IMG/VR virus record: IMGVR_UViG_3300031087_000513
Direction: 5' to 3' (one strand)
Source: an uncultured virus (IMG/VR IMGVR_UViG_3300031087_000513)
Lineage: Duplodnaviria; Heunggongvirae; Uroviricota; Caudoviricetes
Length of the DNA: 52,544 nucleotides
Shown here one piece after another: positions 28,772 through 37,551 of this stretch. The translations under genes and the position numbers were made by a program. Every line of letters begins with the position of its first letter. Positions within the stretch are counted from its first letter, which is position 1. Below the pieces are notes generated by a model. It searched no databases, was not told where the DNA came from, and was given only the letters and a program-made list of their open reading frames with translations.

Positions 28772-29665
28772 TTAATCGATGAGACCTTTTGCAAAAGCGA
28801 ACATATTTGACTTGGATGGAACTTTTACCCAAAGTGCGCGAGCTCGTTCTAACTGCACAGAGTCAGGGTCAGAACCATCGCCATGGCCAATATGATGCTT
28901 GTCGCAGTAAGAGCAGGAATATGGTGTCATTTCTTCCTCACCTGACACTGTTTCTTTAGCCTTAGACTGTGCAATATCCACTGAGTCATAACGCTTTTTG
29001 CGACCACACTTCCAGAACTCCAGCATCAAGCTATCTGGTACATCTCCAACCGGTACACGCAACTCAGGAATCTCACGTGGCTTGAGAAGGTAAGGAACAT
29101 GTCCTTGTTCTTTCGCTTTCTTGATTCTACGTTCATCTCTTGCATCTTTTGCATCTCTTGATTGAGGATCACGCTGATATTGTCTTTGTAGCGCTTGCAT
29201 ATGTTCTTTGTCAGCATTAAATTTTGGACGAAGTGTGGTACCGATGAACTTACCAATGCGGCTACGCAGCTCAGAAGATTCTTCCTGAGAGATAGTGCCG
29301 TCTTCAACAGCACGTGACACTGAATTCTGTAATTTGTTTACAGCTACTTTATGTGGAGAATTCTGATTAGCATACGCATGATAAGCTTCATGCTCTTCAC
29401 AGTACCGAGCTGACTGTCCAGGGATCAAAGCTTTCTTACCAAGTTCCGAAATATGTTTGAAGCTACTACTGCTGTGATTGCATATTTCCTGAGTAAAACC
29501 TTCATCCAAAGCTGCTACTCGTTCATCAAAGTTGGGAACCAATTCTTTTGTATTTTCAACAACTAACATGCTGTTGACGCGCCAACGCGCACCATGGATA
29601 CGACATTCAGGACCTGAATGACAGAACTTACCATTCCCAACTGGAATTTTTGTACCTTTACTCAT
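28772..29665 (-). CDS. Cys/His-rich hypothetical protein, tandem paralog B
   Basis: N-term KFCHSGPECRIHG; C-term CGRK.RY...Y.C.YC..HHIGH zinc finger. Confidence 0.8.
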   Translation of the reverse strand: MSKGTKIPVGNGKFCHSGPECRIHGARWRVNSMLVVENTKELVPNFDERVAALDEGFTQEICNHSSSSFKHISELGKKALIPGQSARYCEEHEAYHAYANQNSPHKVAVNKLQNSVSRAVEDGTISQEESSELRSRIGKFIGTTLRPKFNADKEHMQALQRQYQRDPQSRDAKDARDERRIKKAKEQGHVPYLLKPREIPELRVPVGDVPDSLMLEFWKCGRKKRYDSVDIAQSKAKETVSGEEEMTPYSCSYCDKHHIGHGDGSDPDSVQLERARALWVKVPSKSNMFAFAKGLID

Positions 29666-29670
29666 ATCTC

Positions 29671-29681
29671 ATTCCTAACAA
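29671..29681 (-). promoter_or_regulatory. TYGTTAGRWAT motif
   Basis: TTGTTAGGAAT, 5 nt before ATG 29665. Confidence 0.65.
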
Positions 29682-29704
29682 ACTCCTCTTTTGATTGAGA
29701 GTGA

Positions 29705-30610
29705 TTAGTTGATGAGACCTTTTGCAAAAGCAAACGAGTTAGATTTCTCAGGATACTTATTCCAGTGTTCTCGAGCGCGTTCAAATTGTGAACCTAATGG
29801 GTCTCTTCCGAAACCATGTCCAATGTGCTGTTGTGAACAGTATTCGCATGCGTAAACACTCATTGTTTCCCGTTCACCTAACTGGTCAATCATTGCATCA
29901 CCAGCGGAAACAGTTTCAAACTTACGTTTTCTACCGCATCTCCAATATTCCAGCATGTGCGCATCACTCACAGTGGACTGATCCACTAAAAGCGTTGGTT
30001 GTTCTCGTTCAGCGGCGGTTCTTATTGGCTGGTGTTTGAGGCGCTCTTCAATACGATGTCTTTCACGTTCAAGGAGAGCAGCTTCTGCTTCTTCCGAAGC
30101 TGAAAACTCAGTTTGTAGCGTACGAAGATTTTTCCGATCCTGTTTGTATTCATTTTTATAGTCATAGTTATGGCTCTCAGAACCTAAACGACTACGAAGA
30201 GTCTTCGCATCCTCAACAGATAACACTCCAGCCTCAACAGAATCAGCTATTTTCGCAAATAACAAACCAGTAAGTTTATTGGTAGCATCAAACGCTGTTG
30301 TAGGGTACACGTGCTGCCCATCATGCTCAGGACAGCTCCGAGCAGCTTGGCCTGGCATCAAAGCAGATTCACCTAATACCGCAAGACTTTTTACAGCGGG
30401 ATGTGAATGAACAGCTTTGTTGAAATGTTCAGCAGTAATCTGATTCATTTCATCAAGAGTAACCGACAGCTCTGAGAATGTAGCTACATCACCCGCAGAT
30501 ACCTTTGTCGCCTTTTCCACTTCTTTCCACAGCTCGCCATGCATACGGCAGGTAGGGCCGGAGTAGCAGAATTTACCGTTACCGACTGGAATCTTTGTAT
30601 GTGAACTCAT
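29705..30610 (-). CDS. Cys/His-rich hypothetical protein, tandem paralog A
   Basis: TKIPVGNGKFC.SGP.CR.HG and FAFAKGLI shared with paralog B. Confidence 0.8.
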   Translation of the reverse strand: MSSHTKIPVGNGKFCYSGPTCRMHGELWKEVEKATKVSAGDVATFSELSVTLDEMNQITAEHFNKAVHSHPAVKSLAVLGESALMPGQAARSCPEHDGQHVYPTTAFDATNKLTGLLFAKIADSVEAGVLSVEDAKTLRSRLGSESHNYDYKNEYKQDRKNLRTLQTEFSASEEAEAALLERERHRIEERLKHQPIRTAAEREQPTLLVDQSTVSDAHMLEYWRCGRKRKFETVSAGDAMIDQLGERETMSVYACEYCSQQHIGHGFGRDPLGSQFERAREHWNKYPEKSNSFAFAKGLIN

Positions 30611-30616
30611 GCAAAC

Positions 30617-30627
30617 ATTCCTAACGA
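30617..30627 (-). promoter_or_regulatory. TYGTTAGRWAT motif
   Basis: TCGTTAGGAAT, 6 nt before ATG 30610. Confidence 0.65.
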
Positions 30628-30639
30628 ATCAGAGACAGG

Positions 30640-31908
30640 TTAGAAAAGCGCGTTCTTATCCAAGTAGGTTTTACCAGATGAAAGATACTGTGTCGGAACC
30701 TGGAAACGCTCATGCAGTAATGTAATCAACTCTTCCGCTGAATCAACATATACAAGTTCTGCATCCTCCAACGTCAAGCTCATCAAATGCTGAGTGATTT
30801 CCTCTTGCTTTGCTCGGTCACGGTTGAAGAAGTCAGAAGGAATCTCTTTCCAGTTCTTATACCCTACAACCACAGGCATATGCGGTGTGAGTAAATCAGC
30901 ATGGGTGAGTGAGAACACGTCAATTCCACCGTTTGCGCGGATAGCGTAATCAAGTAGAGGCAAGTCAAGGTAACCTCGTCGCCAACCGCCCTGATAACGT
31001 CCGAACTGGTTGTGCACTTCAGGGAAACGGTCAATGTTCTCCTGAGTACTCTGAATTTCAGAAGGGAACGGACCAAACCCATGACGGGTCAAATAGGTAC
31101 GAAGAGCACCAATAACTGTTCCTCGAGGTTTACCCGCCTCTTCAAGCAGAAGCTGTGCATGCTCAGAAGTCACAGATGACCAAGTAGTATGTGGATGCAG
31201 TCCATAGGATTCGTCTAAGAGAATACCCTGGGACCCTTCAAAAATGGTGAACCCTTCCTGAATACGCTGAGTAATGCGAGCATCAGTAACAATATTGAGG
31301 AAGCCTTCATCCGCCATGACCTGATACTCTGCGAACAGAACATCGATGTCACCATCCCACTCAGCGTCAACTTCGTTTTCCACATACTCACGGAGGAAGT
31401 GAAGCTTCTCTTTCAGTTCAGAGAGGGTCTCAGTAAGCAAGTCGCCCATAACAGGAGCCTGCTGTGGATGACGAATATGGAACAGACGGGTTTCACCAAT
31501 ACCCTCACCGCAGGAGCCATGTGCAGCGGCTCCACGAGCTTCCTCTCGCTTACGGTTTAGCCAAACATGTAAGGGTGTGATAAGAAGAGCGTTCTCGCTA
31601 ATGAGCAAATCAGGGAAAGGGTTCCATCCTGTTTTCTCAAACAGCATATCCCCTTCGGTGACCAGGTTGAAAGGATTCACCAGCATGAAACGGGAAAGAG
31701 TTGTCGGAACTTCCTGCAAGGACGCAGAACCGAACTGAGCGAACGTGTGATGAATACCAGAAGGTGAGACTACATTGTGCGCAGTCTGTGGCCCACCACC
31801 AAACCTGACCACTGAAACAGGACGTTCTTGGGAAGCCAGGTAATCCACACTGGTTCCCTTGCCCTCATCGCCAAATAGCGTTCCAACGACGATTTTATCA
31901 TTTGTCAT
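30640..31908 (-). CDS. purA: adenylosuccinate synthetase-like protein (divergent PurA)
   Basis: FGDEGKG, RF.GG.Q.AH.V, HGSCG.GIG, FEGSQG.LLD, TTWS, RTY.TRHG.GP. Confidence 0.85.
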   Translation of the reverse strand: MTNDKIVVGTLFGDEGKGTSVDYLASQERPVSVVRFGGGPQTAHNVVSPSGIHHTFAQFGSASLQEVPTTLSRFMLVNPFNLVTEGDMLFEKTGWNPFPDLLISENALLITPLHVWLNRKREEARGAAAHGSCGEGIGETRLFHIRHPQQAPVMGDLLTETLSELKEKLHFLREYVENEVDAEWDGDIDVLFAEYQVMADEGFLNIVTDARITQRIQEGFTIFEGSQGILLDESYGLHPHTTWSSVTSEHAQLLLEEAGKPRGTVIGALRTYLTRHGFGPFPSEIQSTQENIDRFPEVHNQFGRYQGGWRRGYLDLPLLDYAIRANGGIDVFSLTHADLLTPHMPVVVGYKNWKEIPSDFFNRDRAKQEEITQHLMSLTLEDAELVYVDSAEELITLLHERFQVPTQYLSSGKTYLDKNALF

Positions 31909-31976
31909 AGTTGTTTGACCCTTTCAATGACCTCATTATACCATGAACTTATCCATGAGTAAAGGTCATTCAGGCG

Positions 31977-32423
31977 TTAATACTCGTCAATATACATGCC
32001 TTCAAGGAAGACTTTGCGAGCTTTGTCAATGTCTCCAATGACAGAGACAGCAATGTTCATATCCCCACGAATCTTTGCAGCAGCAATACGATGGTTCCCG
32101 TCTGGAACAAGTTCATCAGGAGTATATCCACTCATTCCAATATCGACTGTCACTGGCTCCGCATCAACATCAGGAGCATCCCAGCCATGCTGAATGAGGT
32201 ATGCGATACGAGCAGTATTGAAATCGTATGAGGAGAAGTTCTCCGCATCCAACCTGGTTGGGTATGATGCTTTGTTAAAGTCATTGACCTGACTAAGAAC
32301 ATCATCTGAGTTGATAGCTCCGCAGCCCCAGACATCATCGATAGTTGGGTCCCAGTATTCCAAAAGAACTGCCAATGGAATCACCATGATTTCATCAGTA
32401 GGCAGCTCAGATTTTGGGTTCAT
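31977..32423 (-). CDS. ParB/Srx-like domain protein
   Basis: P..V...LV.DGNHRIAA; TTGACA-17-TATCAT leaderless promoter. Confidence 0.7.
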   Translation of the reverse strand: MNPKSELPTDEIMVIPLAVLLEYWDPTIDDVWGCGAINSDDVLSQVNDFNKASYPTRLDAENFSSYDFNTARIAYLIQHGWDAPDVDAEPVTVDIGMSGYTPDELVPDGNHRIAAAKIRGDMNIAVSVIGDIDKARKVFLEGMYIDEY

Positions 32424-32456
32424 AAATATTATGATAACCGAATAACTACGAGTTGT

Positions 32457-32502
32457 CAATGTGTCAAAACACTACCATTTTTGGTAGTGTTTTGACACAT
32501 TG
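32457..32502. repeat. 21-bp inverted repeat between divergent genes
   Basis: CAATGTGTCAAAACACTACCA-TTTT-TGGTAGTGTTTTGACACATTG. Confidence 0.8.
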
Positions 32503-32584
32503 TAGTTTTACAGAATGGAACAAAGTAACAGTATTTTCCATCATCTGGTAGGATGAAGTCCTGTTAGAACAATAATCTACTTGG

Positions 32585-32818
32585 ATGGACAACATGAACC
32601 GACTTCTTCTTACTCTTGCTCTTGGAGCAGGAGCAGCTGCGGCAACTAAAATCATGAACAGCGTGCAGGAGTCACGTGAGCAGCAGCCTTGCCCTGCTTC
32701 CGTAAAATACGGTGGAGAGGTAAAAGCCTGCGATAAGCACCTGAAGCATAAGGGTCAGCATCACATTGTACTTCCCCAGCCTTACGACCCGTACTTCCGA
32801 AACTACTACTGGAATTGA
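32585..32818 (+). CDS. small protein, hydrophobic N-terminus, C..C...H.G.H motif
   Basis: 77-aa ORF. Confidence 0.55.
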   Translation: MDNMNRLLLTLALGAGAAAATKIMNSVQESREQQPCPASVKYGGEVKACDKHLKHKGQHHIVLPQPYDPYFRNYYWN

Positions 32819-32957
32819 GTAAACACTAATTCCTTTTCGAAAAGATAAAGAACTGTTGAGTAAGAAGTTAATCAATAACATACTCAAAAGCAGAGAATTG
32901 ACTAATCGCAACTCCAATAGCTTGACAAATCTGAGCCTAATGCCGTAGTCTTGCTAT

Positions 32958-33314
32958 ATGTTGAGTGATAGAGAAATATCTAACATAGCAAACGAGCTGC
33001 TCGCTGAGTATGGGTTGGAGAGCTGGGCATTCTCTATTCTGGATGAACATCCAAGCATAGAGGGTGTTGCAGGATTCACATACTTCGACACCAACCGTGT
33101 GGAAATATATCGTGAGCTGTGGCCAACATGTGATACCAACAAGATTGAAGTTGTTCGACACGAGATAGCACATGCTATCACAGGACACGGAAATCATGAT
33201 AGTGAATGGTGGGAAATCCTCATGCGAGTTGGAGGAACGGGCGCATGGCTGGATGAGAATGGGCAGCCAGAGCCGTGGTCATGGACTGTTGCAAAACTTC
33301 AGCAAATGGCGTAA
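32958..33314 (+). CDS. SprT-like metalloprotease
   Basis: HEIAHA...H...W....RVG. Confidence 0.8.
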   Translation: MLSDREISNIANELLAEYGLESWAFSILDEHPSIEGVAGFTYFDTNRVEIYRELWPTCDTNKIEVVRHEIAHAITGHGNHDSEWWEILMRVGGTGAWLDENGQPEPWSWTVAKLQQMA

Positions 33315-33412
33315 TTTAGGTTTGCCAACCAAAAACGCGAATAGTCACTCACTGCAACGCTGACCCTCTTTACTTATCTGGCATGAAAATAACAGACTTT
33401 CAAAATACGTAT

Positions 33413-33470
33413 TAATGGCGGAGGCCCCACTACTATCTAAATATGAATAGTAGTGGGGCCTCCGCCATTA
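33413..33470. terminator. bidirectional terminator, 24-bp stem
   Basis: TAATGGCGGAGGCCCCACTACTAT and its complement. Confidence 0.8.
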
Positions 33471-33482
33471 TGTAAAATCGTT

Positions 33483-33728
33483 TCACAGCTCTCGGAGCTT
33501 GTACTTCACACCGAAAGAGGTGACGCAACGGTCATCTCCATAGCTGTTCACAGCAGCCTTCTCAGCAAGCTCACGAGCACGCTCTAACGACTCAATCCGC
33601 TCAAAGCCTGTATCAGCATCCAGAGTGTGAATACTTGGTCTAGATGACCAACGATGTGGATAATACGTGGTATAGAAGAACTCAGCTTCAAGTCCCTCAA
33701 TTGTCTCGTTCGGTGTCATTTCCATCAA
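33483..33728 (-). CDS. hypothetical protein
   Basis: Overlaps stop of upstream gene. Confidence 0.55.
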   Translation of the reverse strand: MMEMTPNETIEGLEAEFFYTTYYPHRWSSRPSIHTLDADTGFERIESLERARELAEKAAVNSYGDDRCVTSFGVKYKLREL

Positions 33729-34201
33729 GCCAGCTCTGCTTCCTCAATCGTGTACAGCTCATCAGCACGGTAGCCGTCATTCGTGTAGTTCTTGTAGATA
33801 TCGTTCAGGATAGGTGCGATACGGTCAACCGCATTCACCAGCTCACCATTCGGCAGAAGCTGCTTCATGTTCACAGCTTCATCAACAGGCATTGCCAGAA
33901 GCTTATCCCGCAGGACAGCAGCCTCATACTCATTCACACGACGAGCAAGGACGTTGCGAACCAGCATACGCTTCTTGTTGATATCCCGAGCCAGGAACTC
34001 ACCCATGTTATCCACAACTTCCTGAGGAAGGTTGTATGCGTCAACCGCATCACGCATAACACCAAGGTTCTCAGGCTTCGGCTCAGCATACTCAAATGCG
34101 TGCGCCTTCATCGCAGCAAGGAGAGCGCGGCGGCGACCTGCATCATCGGTGAAGAACAGACGCTTCACATTGTAGTTCTTCAGTTCAAACTCAACCAACA
34201 T
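33725..34201 (-). CDS. hypothetical protein
   Basis: 158 aa, strong codon bias. Confidence 0.75.
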   Translation of the reverse strand: MLVEFELKNYNVKRLFFTDDAGRRRALLAAMKAHAFEYAEPKPENLGVMRDAVDAYNLPQEVVDNMGEFLARDINKKRMLVRNVLARRVNEYEAAVLRDKLLAMPVDEAVNMKQLLPNGELVNAVDRIAPILNDIYKNYTNDGYRADELYTIEEAELA

Positions 34202-34354
34202 GGTTGTTCATCTTCTTTCTTGTTGTTGTTCAGGCGTTCAAGAAACCCTGTTTTTGTTTTTCCTTCTTACAGTTGTGACTATACACCTCCTCTGTCTTGA
34301 ATGCAACTCAAACAGCAAGAAAAGAAGAAAAGTTTTGAAATTTGACGAGACTTA

Positions 34355-35335
34355 TCAGTTATTTTGAGTGATGGTAATATCATCAACTCGGAAGTAGTTG
34401 CTTCCAGATGCTCCTGTTGTCGTTGCAAAGTCAATGTATGATGAGGTACTTGCTGATGCTGTGAAAGTAACAGAAAGCTTCTTCCAAGTATTAGAGTCTC
34501 CAGTTTCAGTAGATGTTACTCCACCAGCTGACAAGGTTGGTTTGATAAAGCCAGCTGTTGAAACACGAACCCAAGCTTCAACAGTATAATTTTTACCTGT
34601 TGCAAACGTGATATTCGGAGCAACCTTTGAAGTATCAAACCGAACGCTTCCCATAGAAGAAGCGGATGTACCATCTACCTGGATGAAATACGCCCCTGAG
34701 TGCGCAATTCCTGTGAGGTTTTTAGCTCCAATGGTGATGCTTCCAGAATTTGTTTGCAATACAGACCAGCCAGCTGCAGAACCGTTCTCGAAACTATACG
34801 TCCCCAGCACAACAGGAGTTATTGGAGCAGGAGGTGTAGTCTCACTACCATCTGTCGTTTTACCAAGACAAGTAGTTTCATCCTGAACAGCAATTTTCTG
34901 CACACCTTTTGAAGTTGACTTGAAAACTTTACCTGAGCCAGATTTTACATATGCTACATAGTCTGAACCATCTGAGGAAGCAACAACGCAGTAATTATCA
35001 TTAGATGTCAGCAGATCATTCTTTTCCAACCCAGCACTTCCAGTGAATGAAGAATTAAGCACAACCTGATTCGCATCAGCAGTGTCAATTGGATTCGTTA
35101 TTGCATTTTTTAGACCTGAATCTTTGTCAGTGGATAAACCGCGGTAAGCACTTTGAGCTGACGCGATATTGTCCAGTTGTTGGCGGGCTGCATTATCCTG
35201 AGACCAAGGGATAACAGCGAAGACAGTTGCTGCAATTACGCCACCGATGAGACCAATAACGATAATACCAACCATAATAGAAGCCAGGTCAATAGCAGCA
35301 CGGGAAGACTTTAGGGTATTATGAAGATGTAGCAT
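34355..35335 (-). CDS. pilin-like protein with C-terminal CBM4/9-like carbohydrate-binding domain (copy 1)
   Basis: KSSRAA-IDLASIMVGIIVIGLIGGVIAATVFAVIPW prepilin-like helix; FE.G...W, AHSG, Y.V.AWVR, WKKLS.TFTA, VDDI.I. Confidence 0.75.
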   Translation of the reverse strand: MLHLHNTLKSSRAAIDLASIMVGIIVIGLIGGVIAATVFAVIPWSQDNAARQQLDNIASAQSAYRGLSTDKDSGLKNAITNPIDTADANQVVLNSSFTGSAGLEKNDLLTSNDNYCVVASSDGSDYVAYVKSGSGKVFKSTSKGVQKIAVQDETTCLGKTTDGSETTPPAPITPVVLGTYSFENGSAAGWSVLQTNSGSITIGAKNLTGIAHSGAYFIQVDGTSASSMGSVRFDTSKVAPNITFATGKNYTVEAWVRVSTAGFIKPTLSAGGVTSTETGDSNTWKKLSVTFTASASTSSYIDFATTTGASGSNYFRVDDITITQNN

Positions 35336-35360
35336 AGGGGAAGTAGCACTTTCAAGGGGA

Positions 35361-35419
35361 TAAAAATAAGGATGAGGTACGAGTAATCCTGAGAAAACTC
35401 TTACCTCATCCTTATCGGT
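35361..35419 (-). promoter_or_regulatory. CGATA motif embedded in terminator-like hairpin (leader of pilin-like copy 1)
   Basis: ACCG-ATAAGGATGAGGTA...TACCTCATCCTTAT-TTTTATCCCC on minus strand. Confidence 0.7.
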
Positions 35420-35443
35420 ATTATTACTTGTGACCCTTGTTAT

Positions 35444-35725
35444 TCAGTAAGGCAGTCCAGCCCACTTGCGCAGACGGTTCTGCTTCCACTGAGTGGGGTT
35501 CTCAAAGTATTCACGCCAAACCCCAATCTGCCCACCCTGAGTACGAGTGAAAATATACACCTTCTCGTCAACGCCGACGAGTTCAACAACCTGGTCTTTT
35601 ACAGTCCAAGGCTCATCAGTAGGTTTGTTCTCATCAAAGAACGGCAGCAGGTCACTGTTGACCAGGTTCACCATTCGCTTTGCCGACATGGGTGCAGGCA
35701 AAGGGATAGTCTCGTTGATTGTCAT
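35444..35725 (-). CDS. hypothetical protein
   Basis: GGAG SD; 93 aa. Confidence 0.65.
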   Translation of the reverse strand: MTINETIPLPAPMSAKRMVNLVNSDLLPFFDENKPTDEPWTVKDQVVELVGVDEKVYIFTRTQGGQIGVWREYFENPTQWKQNRLRKWAGLPY

Positions 35726-35974
35726 ACTGTTTCTCCAAAATGTTTCTCAAGTCAAAATATAGCTCACTTGGTATCAAACCAAGCATTTGAGCAAGCTTAT
35801 ATGCTACAAACCAGTTCGGTTATCTGCATATGCTGTTCATTATTGCATTATTTCTTCTCATTCACTCCTAATTATATCAGATTCTGACTACATAAGCAAG
35901 ATCATTTGACAGAACCCCATGAAGCTGATAGAGTTTCTCTTGTATCTATAAGAGAGAGCAAAGGAGGTGGCATC

Positions 35975-36292
35975 ATGCTGCCGAAGGTAAACCGAATCAC
36001 AGACCCGAAGGACTTCAAGCTGACCATGCGGAAGGGTAAGCGTATCGCCACCCCGACCGTTACTCTGTTCATTCGTACTCGTACGGATGAGTTGAAGCGT
36101 TACGGCTTCATTGTGACGAAGAAGACAGGTAACGCTGTCGCTCGGAACAAGTTGAAGCGTCAAATGCGTGAGATTGCTTTCACTCACATGAAGGCAAACG
36201 GAAAGGGTGTTGACATCATCATGATGGCGAACCCGAAGGCTGACAGTGTTAGCTGGGAGGACCTGAACAAGGTCATCATGAACCGTATTTGA
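35975..36292 (+). CDS. rnpA: ribonuclease P protein component
   Basis: MLP..NR.....F....RKG, RYGFIV.KK.GNAV.RN.LKRQMRE (RNR motif), G.DII; AAGGAGG SD; TTGACA-17-TAGAGT promoter. Confidence 0.92.
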   Translation: MLPKVNRITDPKDFKLTMRKGKRIATPTVTLFIRTRTDELKRYGFIVTKKTGNAVARNKLKRQMREIAFTHMKANGKGVDIIMMANPKADSVSWEDLNKVIMNRI

Positions 36293-36295
36293 AAG

Positions 36296-36335
36296 AAGAA
36301 AGCCCCTGCAAGTTTTTGCTTGCAGGGGCTTTCTT
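36296..36335. terminator. bidirectional terminator
   Basis: 17-bp stem AAGAAAGCCCCTGCAAG and its complement. Confidence 0.85.
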
Positions 36336-36340
36336 TCGTT

Positions 36341-37432
36341 TTATGAGATTTTTTCTACGGTGATATCATCAACGTAAATAGTGTTTGAATAGTACGCTTT
36401 GTGAGAAACATTGAAATTGATACTTGAATTAACCTTTCCTGCACTTGCTTTTGCAACAACTTCATACGTAACTTGTGTCCATTTATTATCTGCTGGAACA
36501 GGAGAAACGCCTTTTAGAGTTTTATAGCTACTATTACCAAAAGCCGTGAAATCAACAGAAGATAATCCAGCTTGCTCTGGAGACCAGTACACCCATGATG
36601 TTACACGATATGTTTCTCCAGCAACAATTCCAGGAACACTCCGTGAGACAGACCTTGTGACATCGCTTGAATCAGAAGGGGAAATGTATTTAAGAGAGTA
36701 AGAACCTGTATGAGGATATTTTATAGCTGTTACCGAAGTCCCATAAGGGTAAAGATTTGGACTAAAACCCTGAACAGTGCTGTCTTCAAAATTATATGTC
36801 GCAATAAGAGTAGGACCTGGGTCTACGGTTGGTGCAGGAGTAGGAGTAGTAGGGCTTCCGCTACCAGGAGTTGTTCCAGATACTGGCATTGTTGGAATTT
36901 GGCCAGCGCCAGTATCTACGCCAGTGTCAACTGTTCCAGGAGTTTGGGTACCTGAACCAATTGGAGTCACCGTACTATTTACACAAGGCACAGAACCGGT
37001 GTACTCAACAGGGATTTTCTTGCTGTTTGTCGCACTAAACCACTTACCTGAACCGCTTTTAGCATAAGCATGGTAATCGTTACCATCAATAGTAGCAACG
37101 ACACAAAATAGACCTTCTTTGTTCAAGTTAAGCAGTTCATTCGCAGCCAGTTCGCCTGAACCAGCGAACGAATTACGGAAGGAACCTACTGTTCCATCAG
37201 CTTTTTTCAACGAAACATTTGCATCGCTGCTGAGTCCAAAGAATGCATTCTCAGCGATATGAACAGATTCTAATTGCTGTTTCGCTGCTTTGTCTTGGGA
37301 CCAAGGGATGACGGCAAAAACGGTAGCAGCGATGACCCCACCAATCAAACCAATGATGATGATACCAACCATAATGGAGGCTAAATCAATCGCAGCACGC
37401 GAAGATATAAGGACTTTATGAATTTTATTCAT
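36341..37432 (-). CDS. pilin-like protein with CBM4/9-like domain (copy 2)
   Basis: Same N-terminal helix, YAKSGSGKWF, Thr/Pro linker, CBM-like C-terminus. Confidence 0.75.
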   Translation of the reverse strand: MNKIHKVLISSRAAIDLASIMVGIIIIGLIGGVIAATVFAVIPWSQDKAAKQQLESVHIAENAFFGLSSDANVSLKKADGTVGSFRNSFAGSGELAANELLNLNKEGLFCVVATIDGNDYHAYAKSGSGKWFSATNSKKIPVEYTGSVPCVNSTVTPIGSGTQTPGTVDTGVDTGAGQIPTMPVSGTTPGSGSPTTPTPAPTVDPGPTLIATYNFEDSTVQGFSPNLYPYGTSVTAIKYPHTGSYSLKYISPSDSSDVTRSVSRSVPGIVAGETYRVTSWVYWSPEQAGLSSVDFTAFGNSSYKTLKGVSPVPADNKWTQVTYEVVAKASAGKVNSSINFNVSHKAYYSNTIYVDDITVEKIS

Positions 37433-37449
37433 GAGGGAGAGGGCTTTCG

Positions 37450-37510
37450 GGGATAAAATAAGGGTTAAGACAAGAACCTTGAAGGAACTCTTATCTTAAC
37501 CCTTATCGGT
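37450..37510 (-). promoter_or_regulatory. CGATA motif embedded in terminator-like hairpin (leader of copy 2)
   Basis: ACCG-ATAAGGGTTAAGA...TCTTAACCCTTAT-TTTATCCCC on minus strand. Confidence 0.7.
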
Positions 37511-37551
37511 TATATCCCTGATGATATACTCAGCTCAGTTTTGAACCATGT

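Noticed and set aside
30640..31908. PurZ / 2-aminoadenine DNA pathway
   Set aside because: The motif is GDEGKG with Asp rather than the PurZ Ser; the HD protein is CCA-enzyme-like, not DatZ-like.
32561..32573. CTGTTAGAACAAT as a sixth GTTAG promoter
   Set aside because: Mismatches the consensus, the spacing to ATG differs, and a TAGGAT -10 lies just upstream.
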